Assembly: GCA_951406725.2 (NCBI GenBank) | Contig: OX597830.1 | Location: 13,206,001-13,270,000 of the forward strand | DNA: 64,000 nt | Source of the DNA: Octopus vulgaris | Lineage: Eukaryota | Direction of reading: 5' to 3' | Shown here: positions 52,677 through 64,000 of the stretch, piece after piece | Position numbering within the stretch: position 1 is the first letter of the stretch | Layout: each line of letters begins with the position of its first letter | Notes under the pieces: model-generated | Databases searched by the model: none | Told to the model about the DNA's origin: nothing | What the model saw: the letters and a program-made list of their open reading frames with translations, nothing else | Position numbers and translations under genes: made by a program

Positions 52677-52890
52677 GGGGCAGCAAACTGGCAGAATCTT
52701 TAGTATGCTGGGCCAAATACTCAGCAGCACTCCATCTGTCTGCGCATTCTGAGTTCAAATGCAGTTGAGATTGACTCTGCCTTCATCCTTTCAGGGTCGA
52801 TAAAATAAGTACCAGTTGAGCACTAGGGTCAATGTAATCGTCTCCCTCCTTCCAAAAAATGTAATCGTCTCCTTCCTCCAAAATTTGAAA
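52677..52890 (+). mobile_element. SINE family B, diverged
   Basis: ctgagttcaaat..gactctgccttcatcctttcagggtcgataaaataagtaccag. Confidence 0.75.
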
Positions 52891-55224
52891 CCTATATACT
52901 ATGTTCTACATCAAATGACACTGGTTTTATATTTGTCTTTGTTGTTGTTGTTGTTGTGGTATAGCTAGTGAAACCATGATGAGAAGTTGCTTGGTCTGAC
53001 GACTTCTTGTATTCCATTACTCTGTACATATTCCAACTGCAGTTGGGTTTTGTATGGAGCAGGGAATATAATAAATCTTGCCTGTTTCATTTCAGCAACT
53101 ATCCAATCTGTTGTTATATGCCTGTGGGTTCCGGTGCTCACTGCATAGAGGTGGTCAAGGTAGGCTGGGTCAGGACCAGTTATTGCTGTTCTTTTGTGCT
53201 TTCCTGTCATGGTGTTCCTCCTAGCTTTGTTTGGACGAAATAAACCACTGATGCTGCTTCTGTTTTATGTGCATAAGCTTCGTGTATTTGGTTCAGGTAA
53301 ATGGATAATCTTGGGATAGCACTGTAATAATGTTCTGGTAATAGCTTGTAGTAGTAGGCATATTATAGGTAGGCACATGTAGGCATGTTATGGATAGGCA
53401 CATGACCCACATTTATAGAATAGTCTATATAGCTATATAGCTAATGGATAAACCCAGTGAATGAGACTTGAATTTAGAAGTATAGAATTTGGAACTAAAT
53501 ATTATAATTCTTTTATTCTGGTTTTCTCAACAAGTTCTGGCATCTTTCCTAATGCAAAATCTGTTTATTTCCTAAATAAAAATAACCTTGTTTTAGAATG
53601 TTAACTCTGTTTGGTTGGGTTCTTGTTCTGAAAGATTTTACAGGATTCTAGAAATAAACCTGTAAACATATATTGTTAGTTTGGAAATTACATGTCTTCA
53701 TTTACCGATATGTTAATATTTGGCAGCGACCTGGATGTCTGACTGGTTGAAGTGAATAAATAAAAAACAATAATGATGAAACAGTCCTGTAATATCAATA
53801 ATTGTAATGTTAAATAAGTAGTTGAGAATTGTTACATCACAATTTAAATAGAACTATTGATTAGAAATATATCTAGTCTATACTATAGTAAAAGGTGAGG
53901 CTGGATTTATTCTTAGAAGTCAATCTTTCTGTTTATTTTTGGGCAGTGGGGCACTGAACAGAAGTTGTGGTTTGTCTTTTTACATTCTGAGTTCAAATCT
54001 CATCACAGTCATCTTTGCCTTTCATTCTTCTCAGATCAATAAAAGTACTAAGATTGATTTAATCAATTACAACCCTCCTCTGAAATTTGTGGCTGTGTGC
54101 CAATGTGAAAAATCAATAATCAATATGTTCATTCATAGTTTGCTTATCAACATCAAAGATTAAGACCATGGAAACAGGAAATTTGTTAAGTCTCTTGAAA
54201 TTTTTAATATTTTTCATTAATATCCTAAGCAACATTTTCTTGTTAAAATTATATTTTTCCTATTCAGAAATATTTACTAAAAACAAAAGCTTCTGATGAT
54301 ACAATTTATTTCACAAATACTTTTTATTGTTTTTTTTTTGTTTTTTATTTCATTGCTATTTCTCTGTGAACTACATTGTATTGAATGACAAACTGCCGTG
54401 TATAAAATCACACATGAGGTTCTAATAGAAACTCGAAACATGTGCTTAGAGAGTTTTATGCTGTTGGAAAAAAGACTGCAGCAGTTAGAAGCTGGACAAA
54501 CAGTCCCTGGTGAATTCATTTAACTTAATTAATAAAAAAAAAAAAATTATTTAGTTGCTTTTCATTTTGATTAGTCAACAGATAAATCAATTGCAAATAG
54601 GAAAAATATTTTATTATTTACAATGAATGTTTTTGCATTACTCCATTGAGGTATAACGCATATTCCAGAATATGTTTATTGTTTGCGGATGGAGGATGAT
54701 TTAACATTTTTGAAAGATATGCCAGTAAGCCAATTTCACATTGAAATCAATGATAAATCATTGTGTGCTAATGAAAGATGGTTGGAATATTCATGAGATC
54801 TACATAACTAATGTTTTGAAATATATCACATCACTTATATTAATTATACTCTTCCTCCTTGCCACCACTCCAAAGTTGGTATTTGTGTATTTGTATAATT
54901 TCTACTTTTAATTAAAATATATTTAAAAAATACGTTAAGTATTCTAGTAACTCAAGTTTATTAAAATAATCGAGAAGTATGAATTATTAGAGTGTCTGAC
55001 AAAATGCCTTTTGGTATTTGTTTCCGGTCTTTATGTTCCAATTTCAAATCCTGCTGAGACCAACTTTTTCTTTTATCCTTCTGAGATTGATAAAATGAAA
55101 TCTGAGTCAAGTGCTGGAGTTTATGAAATTGGCTGTCCCCACTCATCAAAAATTTCTGACCTTGTATCCCAATCAGAAACAATTATTTGTAGTATGTTGT
55201 AGTATTCTAAAACTAAGGTGTCAC

Positions 55225-55430
55225 ATTAAAAGCATTGGTGTGGGTGCTGGTGCCACATAAAAAGTCCCCAGTACACTCTGTAAAGTGGTTGGCATTAGGA
55301 AGGGCATCCAACTAGAAATCAAACCAAAATAGACTATGGAACCCGGTGCAGCCCTCGGCCTTGCCAGTTCCTCTCAAGACATCCAACTCATGCCAGCATG
55401 GAAAACAGATGTTAAATGTTAATGATGATG
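55225..55430 (+). mobile_element. SINE family D fragment
   Basis: taaagtggttggcattaggaagggcatcca...catgccagcatggaaaacagatgttaaatg..gatgatg. Confidence 0.78.
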
Positions 55431-55649
55431 TTGCAACAATATTATGGAAAGAAAATCTCAAATCAAAGACTGACTCCATATATCTTACAAATTAATGATA
55501 TCTTCCCTACTGTTGCTAATTTCAGTTTAATCATTAATATCCATGGCATTTCTGATTATTGAACAATAATAATTGGCATTTATAATCATTTAGTTAACCC
55601 AATTCATTGTTAATTAATAATTAGTGACAGAAGCAGTGTTAATATCAAA

Positions 55650-56277
55650 AGGTAATCTTCATATCCAACTTAACAGGGATGTCTTATTAGAACACTGACT
55701 ACTCTGCATTATTAGTTTCGAGAGATAGTCTCATTTAGGCGTTTAGTGCAAATAAGCATATGCGTAGATCATAGCAGATGAAATTTGTGAGTCATGGGTG
55801 CTGGAATTCCCATGTTGTGTGGTTTTGGTCTTTTGGACCTCCTCAGTGGGAAGCACTGGTCACCTCATGCCAGTTAGTATTTGGTGTTCTAACAAAGCAT
55901 CTATGGTAAGTTGGATATAAAGATTATCCTTTGGCATTAATTCTGCATCGATCATTAATAATTAATTTTAATAAGCCTGCTGTCTTATTAAAATTTGTAA
56001 TATCAGCATCTGAAAAAATGCTGAAATTCTATATATTGTGGCATCAAGATCGGACTGGCACGAGGTGACTGGTGCTTCTCACTGGGGAAGTTCAATAGAC
56101 CAAAATGATGTTATGTAGAAATTCTGGTGCCCATGACAGACAAATTTCTTCTGCTACAACCTGTGCATGTGCTTTTATGCATCAAGCATCTTAAAGGAGA
56201 GGATCTCTTGAGGTTAATAACAAATTGTTCGGTGTTCTAACAAGGTATCCATGTTAAATTAGATATAAAGATTACCT
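55650..56277. repeat. Old fold-back element with ~225-bp inverted arms
   Basis: 55650-55874 aligns to the reverse complement of 56054-56277 over its full length; an extra copy of the terminal ~50 bp lies at 55881-55930. Confidence 0.78.
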
Positions 56278-57659
56278 CATTCTTGTTTCAATTCACCTGA
56301 AATCTTTGAACCAATGCTTTGCTTGAATACCACCAAACATGGTTATAAGTGTCTAACCATTGATCACTGATAGTATTTTTTGTCAGAAATAAATGATTTT
56401 GATATTATTGGGCTGTTATAATCATTTATGGTGCAAAAATGATTTTTTAAAAATTTATTTTATTTTATCTAGTTTCAGCTCATGAGCTGTGGCCATGCTG
56501 GGGCACCGCCATTGTTGTTGATTTTTTTTTTTTTGTCTTTTGTTGAATATTTTATGCAGGGTTATTCATCGTCAGTTACTCTTAAACTAAAATAGTCTTG
56601 TGATATTTAATTTCCTATCTGGTATTGTTATTTTGCTACTAAGAAATAATAATCCAATTCTTGCATCAATTTACTATATTTTACAGAACTACAGTTTCTT
56701 TTGTTTAACATTAAAAACAAATATGGTGCAGGTGTTGGAATGTTCTTTGAATTTGGCTTATTTGACGGAAGTAACTAGAATGGTGTAACTAGCTTAGAAT
56801 GGGAGTGTCATGTTAAACCTCATCATTCATATTATCAATAGATTTTGGTTAGGAATTTGGCAGATAAATACTTTTTTCTTAATATCAGTGACCTGCGAAA
56901 CATTGTTTTCAGTAATTATTTTCCTGGTTGACTTCTTTGCTTTTAAACTAGGCAGTAATTAGTGTTGATCTACAACTGGCATAAGTTGTATTAATCTGTT
57001 GTAGTTAGTGTTGTACGATGGCTATCTAGACCTGCGATCATTTATCAGACTGACATATTTCTTAATCACTATTGCAGCTGTGTAACTATTTAATAATTCA
57101 TAAATATGTTTGCTATTCAGCGTCTGTATTGAACATATCATCATCTACCAACAACATTTCAACTTATTTAGGCTTGTTGGTTTGGTCGATTTAATTTCAC
57201 TCTAATTTAATCTTGCTTTAAAACACCCCCCCCCCTCTTCCTCCTCTCCCTGGAAAATTACTTCTCAGAGTGTTTTTGACAATTGATATTCTTCCATATA
57301 GTTGTTGATTAATACTATGTATAGTTGTTAGTTTGGTTGCAAAATATCAGAAATATGTAATTTTTAATTCAATTGAATTTTGTATAAACCCAAACCGAAA
57401 CTGAATGTTCAAAACTGCCCATAGCATATTTGTTCCCACCTACTACCTTTGTTGCAGTCTGTTTCTCCTATCTTACATTCCTTTGCCATCTCTGTCTCTA
57501 TGGCTACAGCTGCCATTGGCATATTCTTAGCCAGACTTATCTTATAACATCCACAAGATTACTAGTTTCGATTCAATATTGCTATATCTGCTAGGATACA
57601 CTGCACAGTTTCATTTAATTATTTAGGAAGATTGTTTGCTTTTTCATTTTTGTTCTCAG

Positions 57660-57690
<31 letters not shown>

Positions 57691-57990
57691 GCGTAGCTCT
57701 ATATTTCATTTTACCTTTTCTGTTCTGTTTTTTTTTTTTTTTTTTTTTAATTTTGAATTATTTTCAGTTTTATTTTTATATTTTTAAAATATTTGTTTCA
57801 ATTTTAATTTAATTTTTTTTTTTTTTTGTGTTGTTGCTTCTTTTCTGAAAAGCGAATGTGCTGCGAGAGGAAAGCCATGCTTTATTGTAATCTGAAGTAT
57901 GGTTCATGAAGTTTAGTCACTTTCATGGCCTGTTTTCAAGGAATTGCCAGCCGTTCTGCTATCTATAAGATGAAGATTTAATAAAGTAAA

Positions 57991-58037
<47 letters not shown>

Positions 58038-58788
58038 TTTATGTGATACCTTTAAGGTTTTAAAAGTCTTCAAAATAAATGAATAAATAAACAATTGCAG
58101 TGGGTTATAAGCAAATAATGCAAAAATGAAATTAAGAAACAGAGAAAGAAGAAAAATGGAATCCTAAGTATTTCTTTAATAATTTTAGTGAAGGAAAGAA
58201 ATACAGATAAAAAAAAAAAATTTAAATTATATATTTCTTTTACATTAGATTACATCATTATCTTTTAAGGTATGCCAGAAGCTAGCCATTTTGATTTATT
58301 TTTCATATTTAGAAATTAATAAGTTTACTAATAAATTGACAGGCCTGAGTTTGAATGCAATCATGTTTAATTAAAGCATCTCTGTAAACTTTCTCTCCTT
58401 TGTCTTCGTTGCATTGGTGCAATTCACACACAAATGCACATAGAATATAAGAATAACGATTCTTTTGTCATATTGCAGAAATACATTTTTGCTGACTTCC
58501 TCTACCTGTACTTTTTGACTTCTATCTAATGAGAATTTCAACACGGTACTTCGTTCTTCCTCTAGCTATTAATGAAATAGATAACTAACACATTCTTATT
58601 TTATGACGTCTCTGTAATTACAAAAAGATGGTGATGATGAATATATTAATGGTTTGCTGGCATATTTTTGAGAAGGATGACACTCACTGGAATATTTGAG
58701 CTATTTTACAGACTGGTCATGCTCTCCTCTCATCCATCCATCCACACACACACACACACTGTGTACGTTGAAACATGTAAATGTTTTG

Positions 58789-59011
58789 TTAACCCTTTCG
58801 TTACCAACCCGGCTGAAACCGGCTCTGGCTCTGTAGGACAAATGCCTTGTTTTCATGAGTTTTGAATTAAAATCTTCCACCAAACCTTAGTCACAATTTA
58901 TGTTCCTAGCTTAATGATAATGAAGTTATTTTACTAAATTCTTTGTTACATCTAAAATAATTGAAAGAAACACAGAGTATCTCAAAATAAATACGGTAAC
59001 GAAAGGGTTAA
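58789..59011 (+). mobile_element. piggyBac-type MITE family 1
   Basis: TTAA TSDs and TIRs. Confidence 0.93.
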
Positions 59012-59537
59012 GGGGAGATACTAAAGAAACAGTTGTTATGTTGAAGCGCATGATAATATGTTTCTGAAATGTGTATGAAGTAAAGTTGTTGATTTTAAAA
59101 CGGCTATAGTCTTTGATAGCTTCATGTTGAGGAACCAAACAAGCATTTCATTGGGTCAATAATATATGAAATTACTTCTGCTCAGTTGTTTGGTTTTTTT
59201 TGTGCACATAGTTATTTAGATAAGTTTTAACCATCCAATAACAGAGAAATTAATTCAACTTAAAACAGTTTGTAAAAAAGCCTGTTAGCTAAAGAGAAAT
59301 GAATGTACACTGTGTGTGAAGCTGATTTTTCTGCAGAAAATTTAGAGGAAGGAAAAGTAAAAACAAAATGAAATGTCAAATAGTCTTTACTTACATGAGC
59401 ATTGTAATAGTATACTAAAACAATCTATAAATGGTGTGACTATTAACCTGAAATATGTCTTATTGTTAATGGCATAGCATTAATTTCTCTTTCTTTGATT
59501 GTTACTTAATTATCAGTCTCCTGTTTCTAATTTAGGA

Positions 59538-59761
59538 TTAACCCTCTTGTTACTGTATTTTTTTTTAGATGCTCTGTGTTTCTCTCAATTACTTTAAATA
59601 TAACAAAGAATTTAGTAAAATAACTTAGTTATCATTCAGCTAGTATTAGGAACATAAATTGTGACTAAGGTTTGGTGGAAGATTTTTATTCAAAACTTAT
59701 GAAAATAAGACATTTGTACCCAGAGCCAGATTCAGTCGGGTTGGTAACGAAAGGGTTTTAA
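59538..59761 (-). mobile_element. piggyBac-type MITE family 1, inverted relative to 58789-59011
   Basis: Reverse complement of the family consensus with slightly eroded ends. Confidence 0.88.
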
Positions 59762-60901
59762 GGTAACTATATTTCCAGATTTTCATATCACGTCAACTAA
59801 ATTCAAAATTAGTCTGATTGTTTCCGTTTAGGGAAACCCCAAGCTCTGCTGTTGTTATCAAGATTAAGCATGAATTTGAAATTTTGACCTCAAACTTATT
59901 TCTGTTGAAAGACAAAAGTTTTTTCATGATAGTTTCTTTTTATTTATCCTCACTCACAGCATTTTCTTCCCCCCCTCCCTATTTATGTGGAAACCTTTAT
60001 GAAATTTTAATTGTGTCTTTTGTGGTTTTGGTGAAACTGAAGAGTCAAAAATACAAATGAAAAGAAAAAGAAAAAAGATGTATTGAATGGCAATTACTGA
60101 AAATAAATATGAAAAATAAGAGTGAAAAACTTTATTCCTGGGAAAGATAAGAAAGCTTTTGGTAAAAAACGCATTTCAGGCTTTTTAATGAAAGAATAGA
60201 GGGAAAATATTGCTTTTAAAAAAAAAAAGCCAGTGTTGTAAAAGTTGAGGAATAAACAAAAGTTAAGAGATATTCAATAGTGATGCAAGACTAATGTATA
60301 TAACTCAGTTTAAAACTTCAATCAATTTGTATATATATACTTGCCTTTGTCTCCACTAAGTTTTTTCCTGAATTTCTGTCAGTGATCTGAAGCTTTTAAT
60401 ATATCCCCTTTCTTTGTCTTTTTACCATTCTGCCTTCTCTCTTATCGAGTCCAAAGAAAAGATTAACCACCTGACTATTTGTTGCAAATGCTTATCAGTT
60501 CTAGTTTTGTTGTTGTTGTCGTCTTATTTTTTGGTTTGTTTCCTCTAAGTTATCATTACACTCTGAGATTGCAGTGTTATTGAATTGCAGTGGAGTGAAC
60601 GGTGCACACAAATGCAAAGCAAAGAGAGAATATCATTGTTTGATAATGGTAAATCAAAATAAAACTTCATGAACCTGGAATTGAAGGAAGAAGAAAAAAA
60701 TTCAACTGCATTGAATAAATAAATCTTTTGAGCTAAAATAATTTTTAATGTGAAAAGTAAAGAATTTCATTAAGCTTTTATAAAGAGGATATATATAAAT
60801 CTGATTATAGAATTTCTAAGCAGGAGACTCCAGCTTGGTCAGATAATATTACCATTGCATTTTCTTCTACACAACATGAAATAACCATGCTATGAATTAT
60901 T

Positions 60902-61495
60902 TGGCTGTGTGATGAGAAGTTTGTTTCTCAACCACATGGTTCTGGGTTCAGCCCCACTGCCTGGCACCTCGGGCAAATGTCTTCTACTATAGCCTTGGGC
61001 TGACTAAAACCTCGTGTGTGAATTTGGTAAATGGAAACTGAAAGAGACCTGATATATATGTGTGTGTGTTTGTCCTCTACTACTGCTTGACAACCTGTAT
61101 TGTTGTGACCCCCTTCGGTCATGAATGATCATGGGATTGCACTTAGAAAGTTACCCTGCGAGGCACAAGTCTGGGCAAGGTTGTTTAAGGAAGACCAGCA
61201 GTCGCCCACGCATACTAGCCTCCCCTCTGTGCGCCGCCAGTGTTATCCAAGGGAAAGGCAAAGGGCGATACAGCTTGGTACCAGTGACGTCGCAGAGAAC
61301 CTGTATTAATGTGCTAATATCCATGTAACATAGTGGTTCAACAAAAGAGACTGATAGAATAAATACCAGGCTTTACAAAAAAAAAAAAAAAAGAAAAAAG
61401 TAAGTATAGGGATCAATAATTTTGACTAAAATTGTTCCCAGGTGGTGCTTCAGCATGGCCGCAGTCCAATGACTGAAACAAGTGAAAAAACGAAA
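60902..61495 (+). mobile_element. SINE family A with an antisense family C fragment nested at ~61105-61295
   Basis: Family A head and tail are separated by the reverse complement of ~19820-20010. Confidence 0.82.
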
Positions 61496-61791
61496 GATAA
61501 AAGTGTTTATTTTTATCACATCTTTTCCAGAATTTGTTTTAATGCCACATCATACCAACACCCTTTTGACATGTTCATTTTATTTTTATTCTTTTTTTTT
61601 TGTTTCCCTGCTTTCTAATCTCGCTGTAATAGGCATTTTAAATCAGCCACTTCATCAAAACTTTGCAAGACTGATTGGCTCCTTAATGCATTTGCGGCCA
61701 TATTTCTATTGTGTATATTTTTCGATTAATTTTGAAAATAAGGAAGACATTGGAAGGATTTGATAAAATAACTGTCAACATTAAGCTGGTG

Positions 61792-62196
61792 TTTACTCTC
61801 TTTTCTCTCTTTTACTTGTTTCAGTCATTTGACTGTGGCCATGCTGGAGCACCGCCTTTAGTCGAGCAAATCGACCCCAGAACTTATTCTTTGTAAGCCC
61901 AGTACTTATTCTATCGGTCTCTTTTGCCAAACCGCAAAGTAACGGGGGACATAAACACACCAGCATCGGTTGTCAAGCAATGCTAGGGGGACAAACACAG
62001 ACACACAAACATATACATATATATACATACATACGACGGGCTTCTTTCAGTTTCCATCTACCAAATCCACTCACAAGGCATTGGTCGGCCTGGGGCTATA
62101 GTAGAAGACACTTGCCCAAGATGCCATGCAGTGGGACTGAACCCAGAACCATGTGGTTGGTAAGCAAGCTACTTACCACACAGCCACTCCTGCACC
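61792..62196 (-). mobile_element. SINE family A, full length
   Basis: Reverse complement of 40183-40600. Confidence 0.92.
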
Positions 62197-64000
62197 TATT
62201 GTTTATTGAATAAACAATGGATATTCTTCTTTTGATTATGAGCAAAACAAGACAAAAATTGACTGTTTTCAGTAAGCACAAACTAATGGTTTTCACACTA
62301 CAACATTAATTTCAAGTGGATTTCTGTGTGTAAAATTATCATGAGACAAAAATAAAAAGAACAGCAGGATGTACTTTTGATGACAAACATAAACACAACA
62401 AATGGTCCACTTCTTATTAGTACAACTTGTCTGCTTGGTATATTTATTCATTTATTACTATCTTCAGTTTCTTCAACAAAATAAATCAACTCAGCAGTAT
62501 ATAATACCATGGACAACAGGAGATTGTGCATGTATTAATTAGCAAAGCTTTTTGCTAAGTCAAATATTATTCCAATAAGTTGAACCAAAACTTAACAGGA
62601 AAATATGATAGGCATAGCTATATAGTCTTAAACGCTTAGAAGTGACACCTGTTTTATGTATCTTTCTGTCCATATCTATCAATCAGTCAAACTTGAAATG
62701 TATTTTATAGTGTATGTATGATCCACCAGATGTGTTTGCTATAAACTGTCTAAGTCTTGTTTCATTCATAATCAACAGAACATCAATATTCCACTGTTAG
62801 GTTTGTCCAAAAAGTCATCCTCATCTATATATAAGAGGAGAGTCAGTTCAACCATAAACCTATTTAGTCACAAAATTTTATGTGGCAGACATGAGTTTTC
62901 TGTGTCCGCATACATACATGCTTACGTGTTTGTATATATATATATGTGTGTGTGTCTGTGTGTGTGTGTGTCTCCATGCATGCACACATTGAGATTTGGT
63001 TTATTTGAATTTGTTCACTGAACTCTTAGCCCTCCAGTCACTTTTGTAACTTTCTGCCAATTGAACAGATAAAAAAAAAATTATATCTCTCAAAGTTTTA
63101 ACTTGTGTATTACTATCTGCAAACACATACCTATGCGTGTAAGCACACATGCACCAGTGGCCCCCAAATTTCTTCTATTACTGTCATCATTTTAATCTTA
63201 GAATACATTTCGTCTCCAAAATTTAATTGTATAGGCTGAGTATTATTGATTAATAAATGTACTGGTCAACAACTTTGTGATTACTGGTCATGTTCAAGAC
63301 TAGTAGCTCTATTTACAGCCTTGTGTGTAGGAGCTTTCTGTCTGTTTGTCAGTTGGTTACTAACTCAGGTGATCCTACTTGCTGATACGAATACCCAAAT
63401 ACTGTAAAAAAATTTAGTTTATATCACTTGTAAATAAGATCTAATGTATGATTTCTCATTTATTGGTTGTGGTCATTCTGGAGCATTGTCAGTATGAAAC
63501 TTTTGGAAAATGTAAGCAATAAGAGTTGAACAGAATATAATTACATGCAACAGAACAGGTAAACAAAATCTTATGGTAGAAACTCAAATGAAAATCTATT
63601 ACTTGCACACACACACACACACATACTAGTATAATTGTAAAAAGCTGATTCTCAAGTTTACCCAACCAATGCCACATTGGCTCATCTTGCTTAGCATATT
63701 TCAAGCAATTTGTTTCTCAAGTTCCATGTAACTATATTAACTGGCCTGAGGTGTATTCTCCACAGCCAGAACACCACGTATTTTTAATTTCAATGTGAAA
63801 TTTCCCCTAAATTGATGATAAGCCAGTTTCACCTGATACTAGTTGACTATAACTTTGTTGTATTTTGTTCCTCACTCACACATCAGTATATATATATTAA
63901 CAATATATATATATACAAATAAAAAGAAAGACTAACCACATATGCCAGTTGATGTATATTCTACTTGTATAATTAGTATAAGTCAGCAAAATTTTCCTTG

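Noticed and set aside
57558-57600. Hammerhead half motif GAAACUAGUA on - strand
   Set aside because: No CUGANGA upstream.

Overview
AT-rich, repeat-dense eukaryotic DNA. The SINE and MITE repertoire looks like an octopus (coleoid cephalopod) genome; this is recognised from memory, not confirmed by a search. The whole window lies inside the 3' part of PSMD3/Rpn3 (26S proteasome lid subunit) on the + strand. Two exons are visible, 7915-8070 and 40735-40785, separated by a 32.7-kb intron; I could not find the terminal exon in the remaining 23 kb. The rest is intronic: four or five SINE families, RTE, CR1 and CRE-like LINE fragments, three mariner relics, piggyBac, hAT and other MITEs, a non-autonomous Helitron, micro/minisatellites and several fold-back elements. 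The most notable signal is a set of hammerhead-ribozyme motifs. One has an intact type I core (41347-41392, - strand) and sits at the tip of a 352-nt rod-like inverted-repeat element 400 bp downstream of a PSMD3 exon. Three are degenerate Penelope-type motifs (2486-2523, 5078-5140, 7437-7483). The supplied ORF track is essentially noise or TE fragments and misses both real exons. Repeat boundaries were read by eye and are approximate unless TSD/TIR coordinates are given.
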